Source: Rhodosorus marinus CCMP1338 (Eukaryota > Plantae > Rhodophyta). Taken from it: DNA of 64,000 nt. The translations under genes and the position numbers were made by a program. The notes beneath the pieces were generated by a model. That model saw only the letters and a list, made by a program, of their open reading frames with translations. It was not told where the DNA came from and made no database searches. This document shows positions 10,903-21,900 of the stretch, in pieces (within the stretch, counting starts at the first letter, position 1; each line of letters opens with the position of its first letter). The stretch covers positions 930,001 to 994,000 of the forward strand of contig JAMWBK010000011.1 in NCBI GenBank assembly GCA_029953675.1. The letters run 5' to 3'.

Positions 10903-12477
10903 CTAGTTGTGGTAGTTGACCTGTACGTTTACCCAACGTTGGCAATTCGACGGGTTGTCGCACACTCGAGTAACGTACGGTTGAGTGCCTTGTGGGACCG
11001 GGTTTCCAAGCTCGATCGTCGTCGTAGGTAGTAGTGTGTCATCTCCGCTGAGCGTATCATCATCCCTGGTATACACGGTGATCGACTTGAACGACCGATA
11101 GCCAAGCGAGTCCGCGTAGTTCCAGACAGGGTTGTGGTTGCCACCGATCACCGGCGTCTGCATGCTCACGCTGTTTCCGTCAATATCCCTCGCGACAATC
11201 TTCACATACGGATCGGACTTTCCCGCTCCGAATCCGTCCTTATCCGGCAGGTTGTGTCCATCCACTACCGTGAGGATCAGCTTTCCGAACGGACGTTCAC
11301 AGTTGTCACCAGTGAATCCCCGCGGGCAGTTGCAGATGTAGTCCGCTTCCAGGTCCACACATTCTCCTCCGTTCTGGCAAGGGTTCCTAGCACACTCGTC
11401 CCGGTCTGCAACCATTTCCGTTCGGAACCTCAGTACACCCTTATTCGTCTCTCCGGGTGAGTGGTACATCACATTCTGCACATTTCCAATTCTCATTGGG
11501 AACATTTGGCTGTGGAAGATTTCGTCGTCCGACCCGGTGTCCTCGTCACGAACATGCAGTCTGTAGTACATCCATTCGTCGACGTCAAAATCGAATCTCT
11601 GGTTCCAAACCGGATTATTGTGGTTATCGATCACACTGGTCTTCTGCGATATTCTCTGTCCGGAAGCATTGAAAGCCTCGATCTTGACGTAAGTATCGGG
11701 TTTCTTCCTACCAAAGTATACACTTGGATCCTTATTGGGCAGTCCCTCCGCCTTCTGAATGGTGATTGCAAATCTCCCGTTCGTACCCGTTCAGGGACAG
11801 GTGTACATTCTGTTGAGCGTGAGGATATCACTCCTACTGAGAGTAGTGGAGCCTCCCAAGGGATACGCAGGATTATATTTGTACGTCATTGTCTTGCCAC
11901 CGTTTCCACTCAAGAAGTTGCTTCCGTAATGCATGATGGATCTGGTGTCGTATCTGACTCCGTAATTGTCGACGTCGCTCCATGATTCCTTGTCGAACTG
12001 CTTCTTATACAAATCGTTGTCTGTTCTTACGTTGTCCAGGTGCACTTTGATATAGGTGTCACGATCGGGACGGTTGTGTTCGTGGAAAAGACCAACCGCG
12101 TGTCCGATCTCATGCACGATCTCGGTGTAGGTGTTTTCAAATCCGTCGTCACACCCAGACCCAAAGTTCACCTTCTGCACACCGCCTTTGAATCCAGTGG
12201 TTTCCGAGAAGCACCTGTCCTCGCTCGCCTGGAATCGGATCCGGTTCTTCGCGTTTGGTGACTTGATAAACTTGAGACAAGTCGCATCCTTGTACTGCTT
12301 GATAGCTCTTTTGATATCGGTCTTCTGTCTGTAGGAGAGCGAGCTGTGGAATTCGTAAAACACGGTGCGATTGGGCCACTTCCTTTTGCCAGATCTGATT
12401 GCTGCTGTTGCAGAGCAGAACTCGATTACCGCCACAATCATCGCCAACGCGATGAACATCTTTGCAAGTCTCGCCAT
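10903..12477 (-). pseudogene. Astacin-C2-EGF-C2 copy 4, split by one in-frame TGA at 11791-11793 (may yield a 228-aa astacin-only protein)
   Basis: The two ORFs (11791-12477 and 10903-11634) are in the same frame. Paralogues have GGA (Gly) where this copy has TGA. No other lesion seen. Confidence 0.85.
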
Positions 12478-12585
12478 TTCAGGTTGTCTCCTCCCGTTCT
12501 TGTCGTATCGCTTTCGTCTGTCTTCTAGTTTGCTTCTTGGTTGGTGTCTTTGGAGGTCGTTGAAAATCCATCACACCCTCGGACC

Positions 12586-12592
12586 ATTTATA
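12586..12592 (-). promoter_or_regulatory. Putative TATA box of astacin copy 4 (TATAAAT)
   Basis: Lies ~110 nt upstream of the ATG at 12477. Confidence 0.45.
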
Positions 12593-13341
12593 CTCGCCAA
12601 CAGGGCGGAGTAGATGCGAAAACACGACGCATACAATGCTCTGTCAGGAGCTGAGAAGTGCAGCAAAATTACTTCCATTCTGGAGGTGGCCTGGCAGACA
12701 AAGACCTCTAGCGAGCCCAAGCGCGCGACAAAAGCCAACACGAAAACTCATGAAAACTGAATGAAACCGATTAGAAGAGACCTCCCAAAAAATAATAATA
12801 AATCTTTCCAAACCGTGACACCACGAAAATCCTTCTTACAGAATGAAAAGCGCTGTAAATCCATCAGGAGCCCAAAAAAACTGGTCAGACTCAAACTCCT
12901 GTATTTCCTATTGTTTTGCCGTTCTGACAGTTCCAAGGAACATAAAAATACGCCGTTAACGCCATCCCAGGTCTATCTGCTTAAAAAGAAGCTTACTGTA
13001 CGACCGCCCAAAAGAACACTGGGAAAATACGGTCTAATACAACGGCGAAAACTCTGCATTTCCAAGCAGAAAAAAACGTGCAAGTGGACTAAGAGCATAG
13101 GTCCTCATGAAACTGGAAAACCTCACTCATAGACCTGTCAGGAGTGGTTACCTTAAAGAAAGTCTAAAAGGACTCGAAAAGCACAAGACAACAACCTCCC
13201 CGTTCCTTTCTTAAGTCCGTTCTTTGGTACAATCAGAAGAGAAGTACATTTATTATAAGCAAATCTTGCGCAGATGGACAGCTCACAAGTAAACGGAATG
13301 AATTGAAATCTATATGCACTCGAGGGTACTCTTGTGGGTAA

Positions 13342-13365
13342 CGCTTCAAGTTATGCTAGTAAAAA
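13342..13365 (+). repeat. Isolated terminal motif of the retroelement family (CGCTTCAAGTTATGCTAGTAAAAA)
   Basis: Close match to the CGCTTCAGGCTATGCTAGTAAA end of the 90-bp insert. Upstream homology is not obvious. Confidence 0.5.
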
Positions 13366-14578
13366 GCACGACTCAAGGGCGGCCGATAGAGCAATTCAAC
13401 GCTCGAGCAGAAAATCAGCCCTCTACTCAAGGTTAAGATTTGCATGTATCGCTAAGAAAGGGACCCTCCACATCATAAGAATGGATTAAGAATATTCCCA
13501 AAACTGATCTTTTTTGCCAAACGACTAGTCTCAGTCCTTCATTGTATAGATGGTAAAGCTCTCCACAATAAATAATTTCAATATTTCAATACTCCTAGCG
13601 GCCCTCACTCTGTTGTGGGATTCGCTCCATGAACTCAAATGTTGCGTCAGGTTCCTATTGGAATTGAGTGATCTTGGATACGCATGGTGCAACATCGACT
13701 CCTTTCCCGCTTACATTCAGGTTGAGGTGTACTTTCATACTATCGAACGACATTTATTTTGAGTTTTTGTTATTTTCGTAGATTCTAGAACATATCATGG
13801 TTTTGATTCGCTTTCGGATCGGTACATAGAGTTTTATTGGATACAAAATTGATTGGAGTGCCGATATACCAATAGAAAACGTACCCTCAAGTTGCTAGAT
13901 TTCTGAAATATTGGGATCACTGGGGCCGTGGATTGTGAGTTTTCTGCTCGAGCGCATTTTTCTTGTTTTTGGATTATTTTGTCAATTCAAAGGCTGTACT
14001 CGTTCTCAAGTTGTTTTTACCACTGTCAGCGAAATGGTCAGCGATTTTTCGAACGAATGAATGGTTTTTAAGAATATTTCTATTTATTTAAATTTTTTGG
14101 CAGGTAGTAGCTCTATATAGAACTTGATTGGGCTCTATGGCCATATAGAACTTGGAAGAATAATAGCTATCATTTCTTTGCACATCTGTTCTGGGGCTCT
14201 TTTGGGCTGATCGGATGTGGGGAGCGTGAGGGAGTTTGGGAACTGTGTCGGGACAGTTGGAGGTGGATAATGCGCAATCAAGTCATCGATACTATAGATA
14301 CCTACTGGCGTATGGACGAAAATCTGCTCGCGGCATTGGATGATCTTCGAACTCGACAATGTTGCTTTGTAATGGTCTTCTGCTGAGCTGACCGCATTGG
14401 CAAGGTTCTCTTCTTCTCGGAGCCCCAAAACGCCCAAGCTCTTATCCTTGCGCATTTTTCAGGAGTTCTAGTAACCGATGACAGGCAATGTTAGAACATA
14501 TTTGACCATCGATCTCGTACAGACCACGTAAAGTTCCGAACCCGAACGAAGACTGTCGAGTGTGGATAGTACTTGTGT

Positions 14579-15160
14579 ATGTGTCGTGGAGATTTTGAAA
14601 CGGGAGCACCAATAGTAGTGGGTACGGACTTTATGGAGCTTAATATGACGGGATTCCCAGAAGGATGTGATAGTCAGCTACCGTCGATGGCTTCTTCGCC
14701 ATCGGTCACGATCGCCAGCCCCGATTTGCAAACTTCAACAGGGAAGAAGATCGGAAATAAACCGCGTACGTACAAGCAGGCCTCATGCCCGATTTGCAAG
14801 AAGCTTTTTTTCAGGAAGTATGAGATGAATCGCCACGTAAACGCTACGCATCTAAAGATGAGACCTTTCGAATGCGAGTTGTGTCCCAGCAAATTTTCGC
14901 GGGTATCTCATTTGAAGTCTCACACGGAGAAGATTCATCACGGGCGATTCGACAACCAAACGCCCGCTTCCAAGCAAGTGATCGAAGGCGCCGATCCACT
15001 AGGATGGATCCTGATCCAACGGCTCTTTGCAATGGGCAACAAGAAGAGGCAATTGCTGGCCTCGGAAAACTCGAAGGTGCTATCTTCAAGTCGTTCCCGA
15101 GCATTCGATCGCGTGCTATCGACAAACGCATTGATTTTTGCAGCCGATTACAACGAGTAG
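14579..15160 (+). CDS. C2H2 zinc-finger protein (two fingers)
   Basis: CPICKKLFFRKYEMNRHVNATH, linker LKMRPFE, CELCPSKFSRVSHLKSHTEKIH. Start codon uncertain (14579 or 14633). Confidence 0.85.
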   Translation: MCRGDFETGAPIVVGTDFMELNMTGFPEGCDSQLPSMASSPSVTIASPDLQTSTGKKIGNKPRTYKQASCPICKKLFFRKYEMNRHVNATHLKMRPFECELCPSKFSRVSHLKSHTEKIHHGRFDNQTPASKQVIEGADPLGWILIQRLFAMGNKKRQLLASENSKVLSSSRSRAFDRVLSTNALIFAADYNE

Positions 15161-18100
15161 TCCTTGATGAGTGCAATGACTGGTGGTGGTTTTGCTGACT
15201 CGCTTTTGTTGTTATGAATGAGGAGATAAACTATTGGATTGTTATGTTCACCGCACCGCTCAGGTTTCCGGCCCATGTCCGTTGGCCGTAACCGTGTTCT
15301 GAATTTTCAACTGCGTCTTCGTGATCATATTATAACTGGCACAATGGCCAACATAACGTCTCTATGCTGCGTTCCGGTTGTCGGAAGACCGGAGGACGGG
15401 CGATGCTCCACAGAGGAATCGACAAGCCTCAGTCCAGTTCGATGTAGCGTTTCAGAGTTTCATCCTTTTTTGTCGGCAAACAAGCCACCTAGAGCTAGTG
15501 CGCTGCGTATCCATCTGGTCATTGAGTGCTTTTGCTTACTGGATTCCGTTGGATTCCGTTGGCTCCGCAAAGTGGTCCGTGAGCATCGCGACCGGCTCGC
15601 CTCGCTGTCTACCGTTTTTATTGCAATAACGCGGCTTTGATGTTAGAGGCGGATGATCTTCGCCTTCAGCAGTCTTCTCTTTTCTTTTTCAGTCTCGGTA
15701 TAAATGCCAATAAGGCCAGTATAAACAGCTTCTTCTATCGATCCCCTCCAACGCGTGAAACATTGCGAGATTCGATGCTGATACCTGTATAGACTCACGC
15801 TGCAGAAGCCAGACCCACGTCGTTGACGGACTTCGTTCAAGTCATGTTTGGGAGCTTCTATTGCACCGATGAAAATCTTGAAAGCACGAGGGTATCCGAA
15901 CAGCGTACTGCAAAACTGCTCAGAGCAGCGATACCCACTTGTCAACTCTTATCACTCAGTCAAATTCCACGTTGAGTCTGGCAGGCTCATTCTTAAGTGG
16001 ACTCCAGTTCTTTTTACTTCAACACTAAGTTCTCAATCTACAGATACAAGCTCTACGCTATGTTCACGCCCAATTCTAAGACTGTGAACGATTCGCTCTT
16101 CAGCTTTACAAATTGATTTTTCTCACCTAAAATGTGATCAGTGCGACACACGACATCACGTATACACAAGGACCGGCAGCTTAAGCTTCGTCTTTCAGGA
16201 TTTCAGTTGCCTTGCAACAAGGACCTGCCTGTACACCATTGCGAAAGTTTTCGCGATACTGAGGATGCAGCTTATCCACCCGTATACCAGTCCTTTCTCC
16301 AGCAGCTTTCCACTCCAGAATTTTAGCACTGACGATCCATACGATTCAACGAGAATCGCAAACGTGAATGAGGCAAGCAATCTTCTGAACACCTTGTACG
16401 CCAAACCGTACCGTTGCAACGCCTGCAGGGCAATCATCTACAAACTCCACCTTCGCGTTTACCAAGACCAACTGCGCTCAACCCTTGACCACAATGCAGT
16501 CACGTAGGATTGTATTCGATGCAACATCTCGACCTGATAAGCACACAGCTCCTTATACCCAAACGGTTCACGGGAGCTCTCGCCTCTGAAGTTCGCCCTC
16601 TCCAACCCAGCATTCTGCCCGAGAGCAGCCTTCGCTCTGTATCGCCCAAAGGGAGGCATTGAGACTAGTGGACCATACAATTCTTCTTACTCTCGCCGTT
16701 GCTGAGAGTAGAATGCTTCCGGCCTATTGCATCTACCTGTAGACTTCATCACGAGCCCAAAAAGGGGCTCTACTCGATGGCCAAGTTCTGAGGGAATAGC
16801 GGCACAGCAACGCTATGAACTAATTCATCTTGAAAACAACACCAGAGGTTCCATCCCCAAAGTGTGAAACCGCGATCGCCGTTGGTCGGAAATATTCTAT
16901 GACAGAAAAGCTCTAAAACGCTCACCACGGTTTATTGAAAGCCGCCTCCTTGTCGTCTGACTCTCCTTGGTACGTTGTTCTGAAACAATCCCCCTATCCT
17001 CCGGCTCGTGGCTCCGTCCTTGGCCTCGGAGCCAATGCTTGTTCGTTGCACGCAAAGGGTGTGCCACCGCCATCCAGTCGAGGGGGCGCGGCTACCTTCG
17101 ACACGTGCGCTGCCGGCAGTCAACTCTGAGTTGGAAAACTAACTACTCAACGAATGCGATGACTAACCAATGGGAGGAGCGAACATGACCAGACTCCCCC
17201 CTCACCGCACCCGCCAACTTCGACAATCAGAACCCCAACAACGGTCAACATGCTTTCCCCCATGCCAGCGCCAATTTTCAACTTTCAAGATAGAGCTCGT
17301 GTATAAAACCTAATTAGTCCGGACTATGCTCCTATAAATCTTATGTCTCATATAGAACTATCTGTTTTATTTTTAATAAACATAACCGTCAGCCCCTTAT
17401 AGACTACTATTGAAAAATATTCAAAATTCTTTCCACTTCTCTATTTGTCTGGAATTTCATTTTCCTCTTCTCCAATCAAAACCCGGTACAGAACGTTCTG
17501 GCGCAATCCTTGCAAAGAGGGTTGGCCAGCACACATGATCAATTGTACTAAAAAACAATCCCCGATCGTGGGGGGATTGCCACTCTTCCATTTTTTGGAA
17601 ACATTCGAGACGACTTACACTACACATCGTTTTCGTCTTTGTCCATTTGTCAAAGAAACAAAACGGGCCCTTTTTTAATACTTTATGCTATGTTGCTATC
17701 AGGGATTGCGCGTTTTTGTCCTAGACAAGATCATTGGTTCGCGAAACAAATTGTATTCGAAAACTATAATTGTTGGTTGCGTTTATTAAAGATATTTAGG
17801 GTTTGAGTGGAAATTTGTTTGAAATTCATCGACTAGGAATCTATTCCGTGAATATAATTGGGTAAAAGATATGGTATTCTGATTAAAAACAGACTGGACT
17901 GCTCGCCGCCGAAAAGGAAACTCTTTTCTTTATTGTTTGGAAATGTTTTTCAAGGGAGCGCTTTTTTTAATGCTCAGATATTGTTTTTATGACTCGAGCG
18001 GCTTTCAGGTTTTTGTTTTGTTTGCTTTCGTTGGCTTGTGATGGGACCCTGACTGTGGGGACGAGGGCCTTTTTTCAGTTCTACGGAGCTGGTTGTCGGA

Positions 18101-18267
18101 GGTGGGGGGCTTTATCCTGACTACACATTAACAGCACGGGTATATAAGTATGTACAGCTGAAGATTTCTAGTGCGTTTGTTTTCTTGGCGGAGGGAGTGA
18201 TGAAACTGCGGAACTTGAAAGCCCACGTTTAGAGAACGTCTTGGTAGGAATTTTCTGTGGATTCGAT

Positions 18268-18777
18268 ATGGACAATTTGGAACTTAGTATTGACCTCGAC
18301 GGTTTATTAGGACTCGAGGAGTTGTCTGTAACTTCCTGGGTTTCAGATATGGACTCTGGCGGTCATCAGCTCGGTGGGGGGGGTACGATTTTGGGCTCAG
18401 CACCAGACTGCGGCTTGGTGGTTGAGCCAATTGATCTGGACGACAAGCTAGATGTTGCGGATCAGCTGTGGGAGGGAAAGGAAGGTGTAACCTGCTTCAG
18501 CCCTGGGATTTTTTTTTCAATCGCGACCCCGAGGCCACTGAAGGAAGTCGCAGCTGAGACCAGGCCCGTCTTGAAGAAAAAGCGCACGTACAAGGAGGCC
18601 TCGTGTCCGGTGTGTGGAACTGTGTTCTTCAGGAGGTACGAGATGGTGCGCCATCTCAAAGCGACACACTTGAACATTAGACCGCATCAATGTGGACTGT
18701 GCCCGAACACGTTCTCCAGAAAATCTCACCTGCAATCGCACATGAAGCGGATCCACCGACAGCCGACCAAGGCATAG
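18268..18777 (+). CDS. C2H2 zinc-finger protein (two fingers), paralogue of the 14.6-kb gene
   Basis: CPVCGTVFFRRYEMVRHLKATH-LNIRPHQ-CGLCPNTFSRKSHLQSHMKRIH; acidic N-terminus; TATATAAG at 18141. Confidence 0.88.
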   Translation: MDNLELSIDLDGLLGLEELSVTSWVSDMDSGGHQLGGGGTILGSAPDCGLVVEPIDLDDKLDVADQLWEGKEGVTCFSPGIFFSIATPRPLKEVAAETRPVLKKKRTYKEASCPVCGTVFFRRYEMVRHLKATHLNIRPHQCGLCPNTFSRKSHLQSHMKRIHRQPTKA

Positions 18778-18944
18778 GCTTTCACGGCAAGATTACAACG
18801 CCGAAAACTGACTTTGCATGCGAATGCTTTAAACTGTGAATAGATAACTTCTCCCAACTCGACTAGAACTGTGTACATCGGAATTCTAAAATGACGTTCG
18901 ACATGATTCGTCTGAGTGCAAACCTTCCAGCTTGGAAACCGGAA

Positions 18945-21900
18945 CGAAACAAACCTGTCACTGTTTCAGGTGCTGTAGACAGATCAGATCACTTTTATCA
19001 CAGCCAAAACTACCCTAAACAAAGACGAGCTCCAGCGAGGCTAGATGGGCCAAGCGCCAACCTCCACAGGGTTTTAGAATTACAGCAAAAATACTATCAG
19101 ACGAGTAATCGCTCATTTTTGGGCTGTGTTTGGTGCTGAGCAGGAATACCCCCGATCCGTCAAGCGCCGTAATCAGCCACGAATTCGAGGGAATGTTTCC
19201 CATTAGCCTCGTGTTGCACTTCGCCAAAGCTACGAATGTACGAACGTAGTTATAGTACACTATCTTGTTGACCTCTTGATCGTGCGATACTTCGTTTACA
19301 GTTCGAGCAAAACCGGTCAAACGAGCATCACTCACTTGGGTCCGCTGAAGGAAAACTGAGAGACCATCACGGGTACTAATGAATTCACTATAACCCGCAA
19401 CATGTCGAGCAAGAACAAGCGTGTGACGCCCAAGGAGGTCCGCTGAAATCGAGCTTCGAGAACATCATGACCGCTTTACGCGTGTTCACTAAATTCACAA
19501 CCCCAATTTATTGTAGAAAAAAATTAAACATTATTAAACACTGTCAACAATGTCAAGCACAGCTGGGGCGAAAGTGCCGGAAATAACGGGGCAAAGTCAG
19601 TCCAAGCCCATCGCGTATCAGGCAGAAAATGATGTGGACCATGCTGTAAGATTCACGTAGTAAAGGTGGAAAACTCAGTCTAACAAAACCCTACCAATCC
19701 CGCGTGGATTGAGCCACAACTACCAGCCTCCAAGCAGCGAGACAAGTGGAAACGGGCGCTTCATTCCGCACAGTGGAAGAAGGTCGTTTTCGCGCAGTCA
19801 AACCAGCAACCTCCATCCAGTGCGACTCTATGAGGACTCAGCTCGCGCCAAATGGGGACCATACGGCCCGAGCGCAGCCATCCATCTATTCCACGAAATT
19901 CATGCAGAATCAAACACTTTTGATGTTCTGCGCCAGCCTCACTTTGACGTGCTGTGCAATAACTAGAAACGACGGGTCAGCCCGACATGACCACCCATGA
20001 CGGATCCCCAGGGTGGCGGGCGAATTCTAGCAAGAGGCGATATCATGTCCATCACTACTGGGCAATGTTCCGCCTACTAATGAACAGCTGATCAAAACTT
20101 TTTCAAAAACGAAATCGCAATCCCGTCCGAGGGCGCCTTTCCAGGGCCCTCCAACTACAGGCTGGAACTTCAGCCATCCAAACGGAAACCATGCGTCGAA
20201 AACACTTCTTTCCGTATTTTTTGAATTTTTTCATCGTTTTTACAACAGAATTCTGTCCATTTTGGCATGTCCCGCTGAAACCGAAAAGAAAAAGCTCAAA
20301 CATTCAACTAAAAACAACAAAGTTAGGATTCCCCGCAATCCATTGAAACAGCTGGCTCCGAAAGCTTCTGCGGCATCTCAGTTACACCTCAATTCCCTCA
20401 AAAACAAAGACAAAACAATATTCAGACACGCTCGAAAGCAACCTAATTCCAATCAATATAATTCTTAAACTATACCTCAATATTTATCAATTCATTATTG
20501 CTCGGAAACGATGGTCTTATTGATTGTTTAGATCTTATGTCGTCTAATAGCGAAAGCTAATTTGAAGATAGTCCTCACTAATAACCAATAATAAATCACA
20601 ATAGAACTTTGCGCCGACTTAACAACGGCCGGGAAACTCTAGAAACGTCTAGGAAAAAACAAATACATACGGAACAGATCTCCATTGGCCAATGTAATAA
20701 ACACCATCAAAAACTATTTACTATTCATCCACAAATCAATTCTATCCCAAAGAACACACATTATTGATCGGCGAGCACGCCCAGATATGGGAATCTTAAT
20801 CAATTCTACCTTGAAAGCCTCTATTTTGTACTCCAAAACAAAATCTTTCACAGCCCGCATCCAGTCCAGTCGAAAACTCCTCATAATGACTGAATATCAG
20901 TCAATACAACTTGACGCTCGTGTTTTTGCGTGTGCATGGCCCTTTCCTGCCACCCCTCGCCCATCCCAAATAAATATATCCAAAAATTAGTTGTGATGTA
21001 CTTACTCTTTCCAACAAGAAAACGATCGCTTTCCCTCTGTGTTTGACCAGTAGAAACGTATGCTGCCTCTTTCTGCCGTCTTTGGGCCGGATTTCAAGAC
21101 GGCCGGGAAATAGAAAAACGGAAGAAAAACGGGGAGGACGGCTTCTTTTCGTCGAAGAAGAAAGGACAGGGTTGTGCGAAAAAGCTTTTCCTCCAAGAGG
21201 GACGTGCGAAAACGAAGGTAGGAGGAATATATGTGATTTATGTGATAAAATTCCCTCGCTAAGTGGTGGGGAGCCCGAAAAGATTTAGATCATGGCGAGG
21301 GGGTTTTGACCCTCTTTTTCTACGCACCATTGGCCTGAGTGGAATTGAGATGTTCGTGGGCCTGTTGAGAGTAAATTTGCAAGGCTTTTTTTTTGTTTAT
21401 TTTTGTGAATGGATTCAGGACCTGTTGGTTGAATCTGACAGCTTAAACTAGTTTAAGCTGTCAGGAGTACATTTGTTTTTTGGTTGTTTTGTGAGGGATT
21501 TGTCGGGTGGCTTGCATCAATATGCATGGATTGGTAGGGCTGTCGGTTTTCGGAGAGTTAGGATTGTGGAGGTTATAAGAATGGTGGCTGGTTTGGGAAT
21601 GTAGAGGGGAAAGAGTTGGATGTAGAGCAGAGAAAGGACAAGGATAAGCAGAAGAAGAGGTTCGGCCGCGTTTTGGGTGAATAGAGGTGATGGAGACAGC
21701 GGTGAACTTTGAGGATCAGGAGTATATCAGGCTGTCAGGGAAATCTTTGGTCTCTGCTGTTGCAGAAGCTTTGGAGCGAGCCTGTACTGATGAAGAGCTT
21801 GTAGAATCGACTATTCCGAAATGCTTTTTCGGCAGGAAGCAGTCGATCTCGATGGAGTCTTACGTGCAGAGGCTGTATGAGTTTATGGACTGCTCGGATG

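Noticed and set aside
11791-11793. TGA read as selenocysteine
   Set aside because: All three paralogues have Gly (GGA) here, not Cys, and I saw no SECIS-like element.
14135-14455. 106-aa minus-strand ORF divergent from zinc-finger gene 1
   Set aside because: No recognisable domain; it may be real but the sequence alone does not support it.
16265-16507. KPYRCNAC read as a third zinc-finger gene
   Set aside because: No His pair follows, and the ORF is short with no other support.
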